NCBI GenBank assembly: GCA_014905635.1 | Contig: JABVCE010000027.1 | Coordinates: 186,001-250,000 of the forward strand | Length of the DNA stretch: 64,000 nucleotides | Source of the DNA: Scenedesmus sp. PABB004 | Lineage: Eukaryota | Reading direction: 5' to 3' | Part shown: in pieces, positions 1 to 10,254 of the stretch | Position numbering within the stretch: position 1 is the first letter of the stretch | Layout: the number at the start of each line of letters is the position of its first letter | Notes under the pieces: model-generated | What the model was told of the DNA's origin: nothing | Databases searched by the model: none | What the model saw: only the letters and a program-made list of their open reading frames with translations | Translations under genes and position numbers: made by a program

Positions 1-43
1 GCCGCCACGCCGCCGCCGCTGCGCTGCGCTGCACGGCGCGCAG

Positions 44-782
44 TGCGGCAGGGCCACGTCAAGCGCGTGACCGACGAGACGCTGCAGAGCGAGGTGCTCG
101 AGCTCGCGGGCGAGAGCGTCGCCGCGGTGTTTGTCACGTGCCCCGCCGACCCCGCAAAGACGCTCGGCATCAAGCTCCCCTTCCTGGTGCTGGTCGTGAA
201 GAACCTCACAAAGTACTTTAGCTTCGAGGTCCAGGTCCTCGACGACAAGAACGTGCGGCGCCGCTTCCGCGCGAGCAACTACCAGGCGCGGCGGCGGCGG
301 CGCACGGCGGCGGCGGGGCGCGGCGGCGCGGCGGGTCGCGGCGGGGCGCGGCGGGCCGCGGCGGGCCGCGGCGGGGCGCGGCGGCGGCGGCGCGGGCGTG
401 CGAGCCGGCGTCGCGCGGCGCGCGCGCGCAGAGCTCCACGCGCGTGAAGCCCTTCATCTGCACCATGCCGCTGCGCCTCGACGAGGGCTGGAACACCGTG
501 TCCCTCAACCTCGCCGACCTCGTGCGCCGCGTGTACGGTGGGCGCGCGGCGCGCGGCGGGCGGGCGGGCGGGCGGGCGGCGGCCCCGCGCCTCGGAGAGC
601 CTGGCGGCGCCGCCCACGCCGGCCGCTCGCGGCGCGCCGCGCCGCGCGCAGGCACCAACTACGTGGAGGCGCTGCGGCTGCAGGTGCACGCCAACTGCCG
701 CGTGCGCCGCATCTACTTTGCCGACCGCCAGTACGCGGAGGAGGAGCTGCCGCCCGAGTTCAAGCTCTACGTGCCCGCCTGA
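44..782 (+). CDS. CFAP20: Cilia- and flagella-associated protein 20 (BUG22/FAP20), 5'-partial; exons ~44-285, 432-537, 652-782
   Basis: Spliced translation gives [63 protein letters not shown]...|[39 protein letters not shown], the conserved CFAP20 sequence. Intron 286-431 is GC-AG; intron 538-651 is GT-AG. Confidence 0.97.
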
Positions 783-1055
783 GGCCGTCGGGACGGGCCC
801 TCGCTGCGACACGCGAGGGGCTTGCGCCTGTGCGCAGAAGGGCAAACCGCGCCGCTGGGTTCTGGCGTGGTTCCCCGCTCCCGCCACGGGCTTTGGCCGC
901 CACACACGAGCGCGCGCGGCAGCCCCTCCCGCACACTTCCCGCACGCTGCCGTGCACGTCGACACTCCCGGGCGCCCCGCCAGGCCCGGCAGCCGCGCCG
1001 CTGGGCCGCGCCGCCAGCAACGGCAGCCCACGCTGCTGGAATTGCCCCTCTCGCC

Positions 1056-1214
1056 ATGGCTCGCTCCGCGGCCACAGCGCTGGTGCAGGCGCACTACTCG
1101 ACCCTGTGGAGCACCTGCTTCGGCCTGGTCGTGCTGCTCGCGTCGCCGCTGCTCGCGCTGCTGGCCGTGTCCCTGGGGGTGGGCAAGTCCCTTCACGATC
1201 TGCTGGCCCACTGA
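1056..1214 (+). CDS. Small (52 aa) single-pass membrane protein, unknown function
   Basis: gccATGG start context; MARSAATALVQAHYSTLWSTCFGLVVLLASPLLALLAVSLGVGKSLHDLLAH; G/C-ending codons like neighbouring genes; one hydrophobic stretch. Confidence 0.55.
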   Translation: MARSAATALVQAHYSTLWSTCFGLVVLLASPLLALLAVSLGVGKSLHDLLAH

Positions 1215-1659
1215 GCTGAGCGGCTCCGGGATGGCCGGCACGGCGGCCGGTGGGCGCCGCGGGCGTGCGCCGCTGTCGCGCGCAGCAGCGCGCAGCAGCG
1301 GCGGCGGGCGGCGCCGCGGCGCGACCCCCGCCGCGCCGCCGCGCCGCGGGTGGCGGTGGGTGTACTAACAGCGCAGCGCGGGGTTTGGCCAGCGGCGCAT
1401 GGCGGCCGCTTGATGGGCCCGCGCGCGCTGCTGAGCCTTGGCCAGCAGCGCGCGGGGCGACCGGCCGCGTGAGGCGCGCCGACGCCGCCCACCCTCCTGT
1501 GGGCCGCGGCGCGCTGATGTTTTTTGCCGATTTTTGGGGGCGGCGCACGGCGGTCTGAGCAGCGGCAGCAGCAGCGGCAGCGGAGCTCGCTCGCTGAGAA
1601 TGGGGGGCTGCAGCTCACACAGCTGCGCGCGGTGGTGGGGGACGGCGGCGGGCTGCCAG

Positions 1660-1664
1660 TGTAA
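1660..1664 (+). terminator. TGTAA chlorophyte polyadenylation signal (candidate)
   Basis: First TGTAA downstream of CFAP20 and the small ORF; UGUAA is the established Chlorophyceae poly(A) signal. Confidence 0.45.
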
Positions 1665-1759
1665 ACTGGCTGCACCGGCATGGCGCGCACAACTCCAGCG
1701 CTCGCCCACAACTCCAGCAGCGCGCGGCCTCGCGCACGGGGCCCCGGCCGCGCGCGGCT

Positions 1760-3468
1760 CTACTCGCCGCCGCCGCTCGCGGCCGCCGCACCGCCGCCGC
1801 CGTCGCTCGCGGCCGCGGCCGCGCGCGCCCGCTCAGCGCGCGCCGCGGCCGCCGCGAGCTCGCCGCGGCGCAGCGCGCCAAACGCGGCGCGCAGCACGTC
1901 GAGCCGCCCCACGGCGACGTAGGCGTCGTACGCGACCTCGGCGCGCGGCGTCACGGCCGCCGTGATGAGCGGGGCCAGATAGGACGTTAGGTAGGGCCGC
2001 GCCGCCGCGCCGGCGGGGTCGACGTCGGGCCCCACGCGGTACGCGACCAACTCGGTCGACGCGGGGGCGTAGATGCCCACGCCGTGCCCGCTCGCGTCCA
2101 AGTACGCCGCCCAGCGCTCGGTCGGCGTCAGGTGCTCGCCCACGGGGCCCGGCTCCAGCACCAGCAGCCCCCCGCCGGCCCAGCGCGGCGGCGGCGCGGC
2201 GTCCGGCGCGGCGTCCGGCGCGGCGTCCGGCGGCGGCGGCGCGGCGCCCTCGCCGTCAGCCTCCAGCTCGCCGGCGTAGTAGCTGTCCGCCGCGTCGCCC
2301 TGGTCGCCGCCGGCCTCGCCGCCGGCCTCGCCGCCGGCCTCGCCGCCGCCGGCCTCGCCCGCGTAGTCACTGCCGCCAGCCTCGCCGCCGCCGCCGGCCT
2401 CGTCGCCGCCGCCGGCCTCGCCGTCGCCGCCGCCGGCCAGGCCGCCGGCACGGCGTGGCGCCCAGGGCGCGGGGCCGGTGTAGGTCACCAGCAGGCCGAG
2501 GGCGCGCGTGAGGAACAGCGCGGGCACCTCCTGGTGGCAGGGCGGGTGGCTCGCGTTGCCCGAGTAGCGCATGGAGAACCGCACCTGCGGCGGCGCGGGA
2601 GGGCGCCCGCGTGCGTGAGCGCGGCTGCGGCGGCGCGCCGCCCCGTGGCGGCTCGGCCCATGTGGCAGCGCGCGGCGCTGCGGCTGCAGCTGCCGGCTGG
2701 CCGCCGGCCCCGCGCGGCGCGCGGCGCGCGCGCCTTGGCCACCGTCCCGCCTGGCGTCGCCGTCAGCAGCTGCACGGTGGTGGTCATGGTGACGTCGCGC
2801 AGCAGCTGCTGACCGCCCCAGTTGCGTGGGTGTGCCGAGACTCGCACGACGCCGCGGCGCTCGGTCGCGCTCAGCAGCCGCGGGCGGCGGCCCTGCCAGC
2901 TGCCGCCCTGGACCTGCGCGGCGCGGGGCGAGGGCGCGCGATCAGAGTGCGCGCCGCCGGGAGTGCGGGCGGCCGCAGGGCGGGCGCAGGGCGGACTCGC
3001 CGGGTTCCAGACCCGGGGCATGCCGCGCCAGCAGCTCCCGTCGCGGCAGCCGTAGAAGGACTGCTGCATGAGCCTGCCGTTGTCCCAGGTGTTTATGAGA
3101 TTCACGCCGGCGAGCCCCGGCGGCAGCACGGTGCTGGAGAGGTGCGTCACCGCGCCGCCGAGGGCCGGGCTGACGCCCAGCGTGAGCGTGCCGTCGGTGA
3201 GCAGGAGCGTGCCGTCCGGCAGCCGCCGCGCCGCGGCGGCGCTGGCGTTGGCGGCGCGCACGTCCGCCAGGCGCCGCGCCGCGGCGGCGCTGGCGTTGGC
3301 GGCGGCGCGCAGGAGGTGGCGCCCCGGCGGCGCGGCGGGCGCGCCGAGGGCGCCGCCGCAGACCGGCGGCGCCGCGCGGCAGGTGGCAGCGCCGCGCGCC
3401 GCCGGCGCCGCCGCCACCGCGGCGAGCGCCAGCAGCAGCGGCACCACCGCGCGCAGGCGAGACGGCAT
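1760..3468 (-). CDS. Secreted conserved hypothetical protein resembling uncharacterised bacterial beta-sandwich proteins; exons 3468-3001, 2913-2734, 2584-1760
   Basis: Signal peptide MPSRLRAVVPLLLALAAVAAA; globular segments NLINTWDNGRLMQQSFYG...WNP|VQGG, HQEVPALFL...TYTGPAPW, TERWAAYLDASGHGVGIYAP, TSYLAPL join in frame across two GC-AG introns. Confidence 0.75.
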
Positions 3469-3846
3469 CGGGCGCGTGGCAGCGCTGCCGCGGGGCGCCT
3501 CCGGCGGGCAGCGGCGCCGACCTTGGCACGCCGCTGCCCGCGCGCCAGCCTCCCCCGCGGCGGTCGCGGGCGCGCTCGAGTATCACAGAGAAGCGCGAAC
3601 GGCGCGGTGGCGGCTGGCGGGCGCGCCCCGGGCGGGCAGCAGCGCCGGGCGCTGCTGGGCGGCGGCGCAGCACGCGTGCGCGGTGCGCGGTCTGGGGGGC
3701 GTCACACGCGCGCGCACGCCGTAAATTTGCCGCTCCAGGGGCCGCGGGAGGGCCGGGGACGCGCGCGGGAAGCCGGTCGGCCAAACCGCACCCTCGGACC
3801 GCGCCCCGCTGCGCGCTCAGCCGCGCGCAGCTCCCCCATCGCGACC

Positions 3847-4912
3847 TCAGCCGGGGCCGTGCGGTCGTGCCCAGGGCTGCAACTGCGGCCCCCATGCCCA
3901 GCGAGGCTGGCCCCACGCCGTCCCCTGCGGCGGGCGCCGGTCCGGCGCCGGCGGGCCGGCCACACCGCCCGTCGCGGTCGCCGCCGTTGCACCGGCGGCA
4001 GCGCCGGCGCCGACCGCGGGCCCTGGCGGCGGCGGCTCGGCCGGCAGCGGCGGCGGCGGCGGCGGCGGCCCTGGTTGGCGCCCCACAGCCGCCGCTGCCG
4101 CTGCGGCAGCTGCTGCCTGGCACTCGGCGCGATAGCACGCCCACGCCGTCTGCTGCAGCTGCCAGAGCTGCTGCGTCTGCTGGTGCTGCTGCTGGCACTG
4201 GTAGTGCTGGTGGTGCTGCTGCTGGTGCTGCTGCTGCGCCCACGGCGCCGGCTGCGCCCACGGGGGCGCGCCGCCCCGCAGGTGCTGCGCCGACGCGCCG
4301 CCGCCCGGCTGGCCGCTGCCCCGGGCAGCCGCGGCGGCGCTTGCAGCAGTCGACTGCTGCGCAAGGACCGCCTGCAGCGCAGTCGCCGTCGTCTGCACCG
4401 CCTCTGCGCTCAGCGCGTGGCCGCTGACGGTCGCCGCCGCGCCGACGAGCGCTGCCAGCGTCTCGCGCGGCACCGCCGCGGGCTGCACGCCCAGCTGCGT
4501 GGCCGCCTCGGCGACCGCCGCCGCCACCGCCGCCGCGAGCTTGCAGGGCTGCTGCGGCTGAACGGCGGTCGCACCCGGCGCCTGCTGCTGCGCCGGCGCC
4601 GGATGGCAGCCGGGCGCCGCGCCCGTGGCGCCGGCGCTGGCCAGGCTCAGGCTGCCACCCAGGCTGAGGCTGCCGCCCATGTCGCCTGGACTGCCGCCGG
4701 TGCCAGGGCCGAGCGGTGCACCAGCGGCGAGCGCAAGCTGCCCGCCCTGCTGCACCGACGCCAGCTGCTGTGCGGCCGCCAGTCGCTGCTGCAGGTTGAG
4801 CATGACAAGCTGCTGGCCCTGGTCGGGGCCATACGGCGGCGGCGGGCCGGCGGCGAAGAGCGGCGCGAGCGGCCCGCCAAGCGCTGCCCCGCCGCTGTAG
4901 ATCTTCTGGAGC
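3847..4912 (-). CDS. Hypothetical Gln/Ala/Pro-rich low-complexity protein (start uncertain)
   Basis: Open frame with coding-like codons (ELQKIYSGG...MLNLQQRLAAAQQ...QQTQQLWQLQQTAWACYRAECQ); no recognisable domain; 5' end not resolved. Confidence 0.45.
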
Positions 4913-5206
4913 TCTCCCCTCCTGCTAAGGTGGCCTTCGTTGGGGACGCACGGTGCGGTGGTGTGCGACCCAGCCGCCTCTAGTGATCGCCGTGCTGCAG
5001 AGCTGCTGCGCAAGCCCTGAAGCGCCGCCGCAGCGCCGCGGGCGGCGCACCGCCTGGCTTGGTCCCGGGTTGCTTGTGCTTCGCAGCACTCGCCCCTCCT
5101 GCCCCGGGGGCCAGCTCGCGCGGCCCCGCGCGCGCCGCCGCAGCGGCAGCAGCAGCGGCGGGCGCCGCGACGCAGCCGGGCGGCGCGCCGGCCCCCGCGC
5201 ACCGCC

Positions 5207-7194
5207 ATGGAGGCCCAGCGCACCAAGGTGGTGGTCCGCAACCTGCCGCCCACGCTGGCGCGGGAGGAGTTTGTCGCCACGCTCGGCGAGGCCGCCGCCG
5301 AAGGCGCGTGCGACTGGCTCGCCTACTACCCCGGCAAGATCAGGCGCGCCGCGTGACGCATGGCGTGGCACGTGCCCGCCCGGAGGGCGGCCGACCGCGC
5401 GGCGGCCGCGGCGGGCGCGGCGCCGCTGCCGCGCCCCGCCGCGCGCTGCTGCCGACCGCGCGCCGCCGACCGCGCCTCGCGCCGCGCAGCCTCAAGCGCA
5501 CCGTACCCTCGCGCGCCTTCCTGAACTTCACGTCGCCCGAGGCGGTGCTGGCGTTCCGGGCGCGCTTCGACGGCCGCGTGTTTGGCCGCAGCGGCGGGCA
5601 GCAGCACCGATGCTCCGTGGAGTACGCGCCCATCCAAAAGGTCCCCAGCGCCAACCCCAAGCGCCTCGCGATCGAGGGCACCATCGAGAAGGGTGCGCCG
5701 CGCGCCGCGGAGCGGGGCGCGCGCGGCGCACAGCAGGGCGCGCCAGCCCGCGCCGCGCGCCGCCGACGGCCGCCCGCCGACGCCCCCGCCCGCCGCCCGC
5801 CGCGGCGCGGCGCCAGACGCGGACTACGTGGCCTTTGTGCGCGCGCTGGAGGAGGGCCCGCGCGCCGCGCCGACGGCGCAGGCGCAGCTCGAGGCGGCCG
5901 AGGCCGCGGGCGGCGGCGCCGCGCCCGAGCGGGCGCCGCCGGTCGTCACGCCGCTCATGGCCTTCCTACGAGCCAAGTACGCCGCCGCACCCTTCACGGG
6001 GCGCCGCCCCGCGCGCGGCGGCGCCGCGGCGGCGCGGCGCGAGCGCGCGCGCCTGCCTGCGCTCGAGGTGCGGCGCGGCGCGCGGCGCGGCTGCCGGCGG
6101 GGCGGCGCGGCGCGGCAGTGCCCGGTGAGGGCCGCGCGCGACGCGCCGCCGGCGCCGCCGACCCGCAGGAGGCGGCCGAGAAGCCCTCTGCCAAGGGCCG
6201 GGCCAAGGCCGGCAGCAGCCGGGGCAGCAAGGCGGCCGCCGCGGACGCGGCGACCGCGACCGCGGCGGCGGCCGCCGCGGCGGGCGCGCTGCGCGGCCAG
6301 GCCAAGGCGGGCGGCCGGCCGGGCGCGGCGGTGGCGGCGCCGGCGGCTGCCACGCAGGACGGCGAGCCCGAGGCCGCCGCGCCGCGCCAGGCGGCGGCCA
6401 AGGCCAAGGGCAAGGGCAAGGCCCGTGGCGCCGCAGCGGCGGCCAGCGCGGAGCCGGGCGCAGCTGCCGCGGACGGCGAGGAGGCCCGGCCCGCCCGGGG
6501 CGGCCGCCAGGGGCGGCGCGGCAGCGACGCAGCACCCGGAGCCAGCAGCGGCGCCAGCAGCGGCGCCGCCGAGCCAGCCGCGGGCGCGGGCGCGGCCGGG
6601 CGGCGCGGGGGCAGGGCGCCGGCGGGCGGCCCGCGGGCAGAGGACGGCGGCGAGGCCGCCGCACTCTCCGCGGCGTCGGCCGCTGCGACCTCTGCGGCAG
6701 CGCCGCGCAAGCCGCGCGCCGCCCCCGGCGCCGGTAGCCGCCTCTTTGCTGCGGCAATGCCCAAGCAGCCTGGCGCAGCGGCGGCGGCCAAGGCCCGCGG
6801 CGCCGGCGGCGGCGGCGAGGCGGGCGGCAGCGGCAGCAGCGGCGCGGCCGCGGCGGGGCCGGCAGCGGCCGACGCGGACGCGGGGCCGGCGCCGGAGCGC
6901 GGCGCCAGGCCCGGCAGGGGCGGCAAGGGCGGCGGGCGGCGCGGCGGCAAGGCTGCGCCCGCCACGGCCGGCGGCGGCGAGGCTGGCGACGCTGGCGCGG
7001 CGGCGGCGGCCGCGCTGTCGCAGCTGCGCCTGAGCGACGGCGCTGCCGGCGGCAGCCGCGCCGCCGCAGGCGAGGCAGCGGCGGGCGGCGGCGGCAAGGC
7101 CGCGAGCAGGGGCGGCCGCGGCGGCGGCAGGGGCGGCCGCGGCGGGCGCGGGCAGCAGCAGCAGCCACCGCAGCAGCAGCAGCAGCCGGGGTGA
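5207..7194 (+). CDS. UPF3: Nonsense-mediated decay factor UPF3 (Smg-4/UPF3 RRM-like domain plus long disordered tail)
   Basis: MEAQRTKVVVRNLPPTL...YYPGKIS|LKRTVPSRAFLNF...FRARFDGRVF...CSVEYAPIQKVP...EGTIEK|DADYVAFVRALE...VVTPLMAFLR matches the UPF3 family. First intron 5344-5489 is GC-AG; TGTAA at 7418. Confidence 0.9.
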
Positions 7195-7417
7195 AGCGGC
7201 CGCCTGCACGAGCGAGAGCCACCACCCCACCCCTGCCGCGCGCCTGCTGCTCCCTGCGGCGGCGGGTGCGGCACGCCCCCTGGGCCCGCGCGCGCGCCGG
7301 CCCTCTCCCTCTCCGCGCAGCGCCCCCGCGGCGCGTCGGCGGCCGGCCGGCCGCGCACCACCACCAGCGGCTCGGCGAGCGCGCACGCCGAGCGAGCGAG
7401 CGCGAGCGCGCGCCCAC

Positions 7418-7456
7418 TGTAACCGGCGGCCGAGGGCGAGTGCCGAGGCGGTTACA
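7418..7456. terminator. Back-to-back TGTAA poly(A) signals for convergent genes (+7418-7422; -7452-7456)
   Basis: TGTAA on + downstream of UPF3 and TTACA (TGTAA on -) downstream of the minus-strand hypothetical gene. Confidence 0.6.
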
Positions 7457-7972
7457 CACGCCTCGGGGCAGCAACTGAGTGATGCAGCAGCAGCAGTGAT
7501 GGCCCGCCGCGGGCCGCCCCGCCCCGGGCGGCTCCCTGAGGGCGCGCACGCCCCCGCCGGCCGCGAAGGAATGGCCCGCGCGCCCCGCGGCGCCCGCGCC
7601 ATGCGTGGGGTCGTCGGGTCGGGCGCGCCGCCGCGCGTTGCGCGCGGATGATGGTACGTCGTGGGGGTCATATGATGATGGGAGGGTGTGGAGTCAAAGA
7701 GCGCGGGGGTGGCGCGCCGCCGCGCCACGCCCGTCTCTGCGGGACAGCAGCCCCTCCCCGCCGCCCGACATGCTGTACACAGTTCGCCCACCTCGCCCCG
7801 GCCCGGCGCGCGGCGCCGCCGCCGCCGCCGGCCGCGCAAGCGAGCGCGGGCGAGCGGCGGCGGCGGCGCCGCGCGCCGGCGCGGCAATTGCCCGCGCGGA
7901 GGGCCCCACAGTTTTCATTCGTCGTGACACTGCGGCGTGGGCCGGGGGTGCACGGATCACCGCGCGCCCCCC

Positions 7973-9819
7973 TCACGCCGCGCGCAGCGGCGAGCTCGGC
8001 GACAGCGGCGACGCGAGCGCAGCGGGCTGCTGCGGCTCGCCGCCCGGCGCGGCGGCCGCCGCGGCTGCCGCTGCAGCCGCCGCCAGCCCCGCCGCGACCG
8101 CCGCGCCCGCGCCGCCGCCGCCCTTGCGCGCCGCCGCCTGCGCCGCCTGGCACTCGCTCTCGGTCGAGCTCGACGGCCACGAGCACAGCGGCGCCGCGGC
8201 GTGCGTGCGCGGCGACTCCTGCTCCATGCAGGTCAGGTCGGACGACTGGCTCGTCTCGTGCCCGGGGCTGGTGTCGCCGCGCGGCGCGCCCGCGCCGCCG
8301 CGCGCGCGCACGACCGCGGGCGCCGGCTTGCCAGCGGCGCCGGCGGCCGCCGCCGCAAACGCGCCGCCGCCTTGCGAGGCGGGGCGCTGCGGCTGCGACT
8401 GCAGCTGCTCCGGCGCGCCAGCGGCCGCCGCGTCCGCCTGCTGCGGCGCGGCGGGCGACGGCTGCGCCGCGGGCGCCTGCTGCTGCTGCAGCGTCGCCGG
8501 CGCGGGCTGCTGCTGCTGCTGCGGCGCCCGCGCGCCGTCCGCGGCGCCGGCGCTCGCTGCTGCTGCAGCGGCCACGGCTGCCGCCACGGCCGCGTCCGAC
8601 GGCGTCAGCAGCCCCAGCTCCTCCAGCAGCGGCGGCCACTGCTGCCACGCCGTGCGGCGGCGCCGGCTGCCGCGCGCGCGCCGGCCCGGCACGGGCAGCG
8701 GCCACGCGAGGCCGTCCGCCTCCCACGCGGCCGCGGCGGCCGGCTGCTGCCGGTGCGCGGCCGCCCACTCGTGGCTGCTGCTGCTGCTCGCCGTGCCGCC
8801 GCCGGCGCGGTCCGCGTCGGCGCCGCGGTGCCCAGCGAGCAGCAGCAGCCGCGACGGCGTGCCGGGCGGCGGCGTGCCGTCGCTGCCCGCGCCGCCGTCG
8901 CGCAGCAGGCCGCCGCGGCGGTACGCGCCGCCCGCGAGCTTCGCGCGCTTGCCGCCCGCCTGGCCGTCGAGCGGGGGTCGTCGGGCACGTGCTTGGCCAC
9001 CGGCGCCGCGACCGCGAGCTCGGGGAAGTAGAGCCCCCGCTCGACGCTCAGCCGCACCGGCAGGCTGCCCGCCGCGCGCCAAAACTGCGCGCTGTACAGC
9101 GGCGGCGTCGCGCCGGCGCCGCCCGCGCCGCGCAGAGCGGGCGGCGGCGCGGGCGGCGCGCCGCCGCCATCGCCGCCGGCGGCGATGGCGCCGCCCGCGT
9201 CGGGCTGCTGCGCCGCAGCGGGGGCCTGCGGCGGCGCCGCCGCGCCGCCCTCGCGCGGCGGCAGCGCCAGGCGCAGCTTCAGCGCCGACGAGTTGCGCCG
9301 GCCGGCGTCGGCGAGCCCGGCGCGGGCTCGGGGGGGCTCAGACGGCCTGCGCGGCGGGTCGGGCGGGCGAGGGTCGGCATCGATGGCGAGGCGAAGGCCG
9401 CGCCCGCAGGCCGACCGCGGCGTCCGAGGGCCCGGGCCCGGCCCGCCCGCGGCTCGCGGCCGGGGCGCCGGCCCGCCGGGCGCGCCCCGCACACGGGGGC
9501 GGGGCGCATGGGGAGAAGAAGCCGCGGCCGGGGCCTACCGGCGGGGCCCCGCCCCGGGCGCCGCGCCGAGGCGCGTCGGGCGGCGCCCCCGGCCAGCGGG
9601 CGGGGCCCGCCCGCGCCCGGGGGCGCCCCCGCAGCGGGGGGCCCGCGCCGCCCTCCCGCCCGCGGCGAGCAGCGCCCCTCCGCGCGCCCGGGCGGCCGCA
9701 GGGCCGCGCCCGGTCGCTGCCGCGGGGCCCGCGGGCGCTGCGCGCACCTCATTCGGGCGCCCGGCCGCCCCACACCCTCCGTTGCTGGCGCTGCGGGCCT
9801 GCGCGGCGTGCGAGGACAT
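7973..9819 (-). CDS. Hypothetical low-complexity (Ala/Pro/Gln-rich) protein; exon structure uncertain, probable frameshift near 8975
   Basis: Coding-like segments (LYSAQFWRAAGSLPVRLSVERGLYFPELAV; WQQWPPLLEELGLLTP) flanked by an upstream TATA box (10058-10064, -) and a downstream TGTAA (7452-7456, -). Confidence 0.5.
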
Positions 9820-10057
9820 TCACGAGCCACTTCACGAGGCCCAGGGCCGGCCGCGGGCCTGGGCGGGCCCGGGAGCGAGCGCGGGCGCGATGTCTGACAC
9901 GGGCGCAGCTTCTCAAACCGGGGCCTCGCGGGGTGTCGCGGCGTCGCGGCGCGGTCTGAAAACGCTGCTGCGGCCCGCGCTGCGGCGCGCGCCCAGCGCG
10001 CCAGCACTTGCCTGAGCCCCAAACCTCGGACGCCGCGTTCTGGAGCCGCCCGGTCAC

Positions 10058-10064
10058 TTTTATA
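10058..10064 (-). promoter_or_regulatory. TATA box (TATAAAA)
   Basis: Rare AT-rich TATAAAA on the minus strand about 240 bp upstream of ATG 9819 in very GC-rich DNA. Confidence 0.5.
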
Positions 10065-10254
10065 GATGAGGGGGGACTCGAGCGTGTGCCCAGGCCGCCA
10101 CCGGGCGGCCGCCGGCCCAGGAGCGCGAGCGGCGCGAGCGGTCGCCATCTGTCGGCAGGCCCCGCCTCCCTGTTGCCGCTCCGCTCGCAACAGTTCCAGG
10201 TCCACTTCCACCCCACCCCCCCAACCACACACGCCTCCTCACCGGCCGTCACAG

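Noticed and set aside
44..782. CFAP20 as evidence of cryptic flagellated stages
   Set aside because: CFAP20/BUG22 is also retained in non-ciliated land plants, so it is not diagnostic.
5205..5210. UPF3 ATG overlaps an antisense ATG that opens the 3847-5208 minus frame (CCATGG palindrome)
   Set aside because: The preferred gccATGG start context automatically creates an antisense ATG; no evidence of use.
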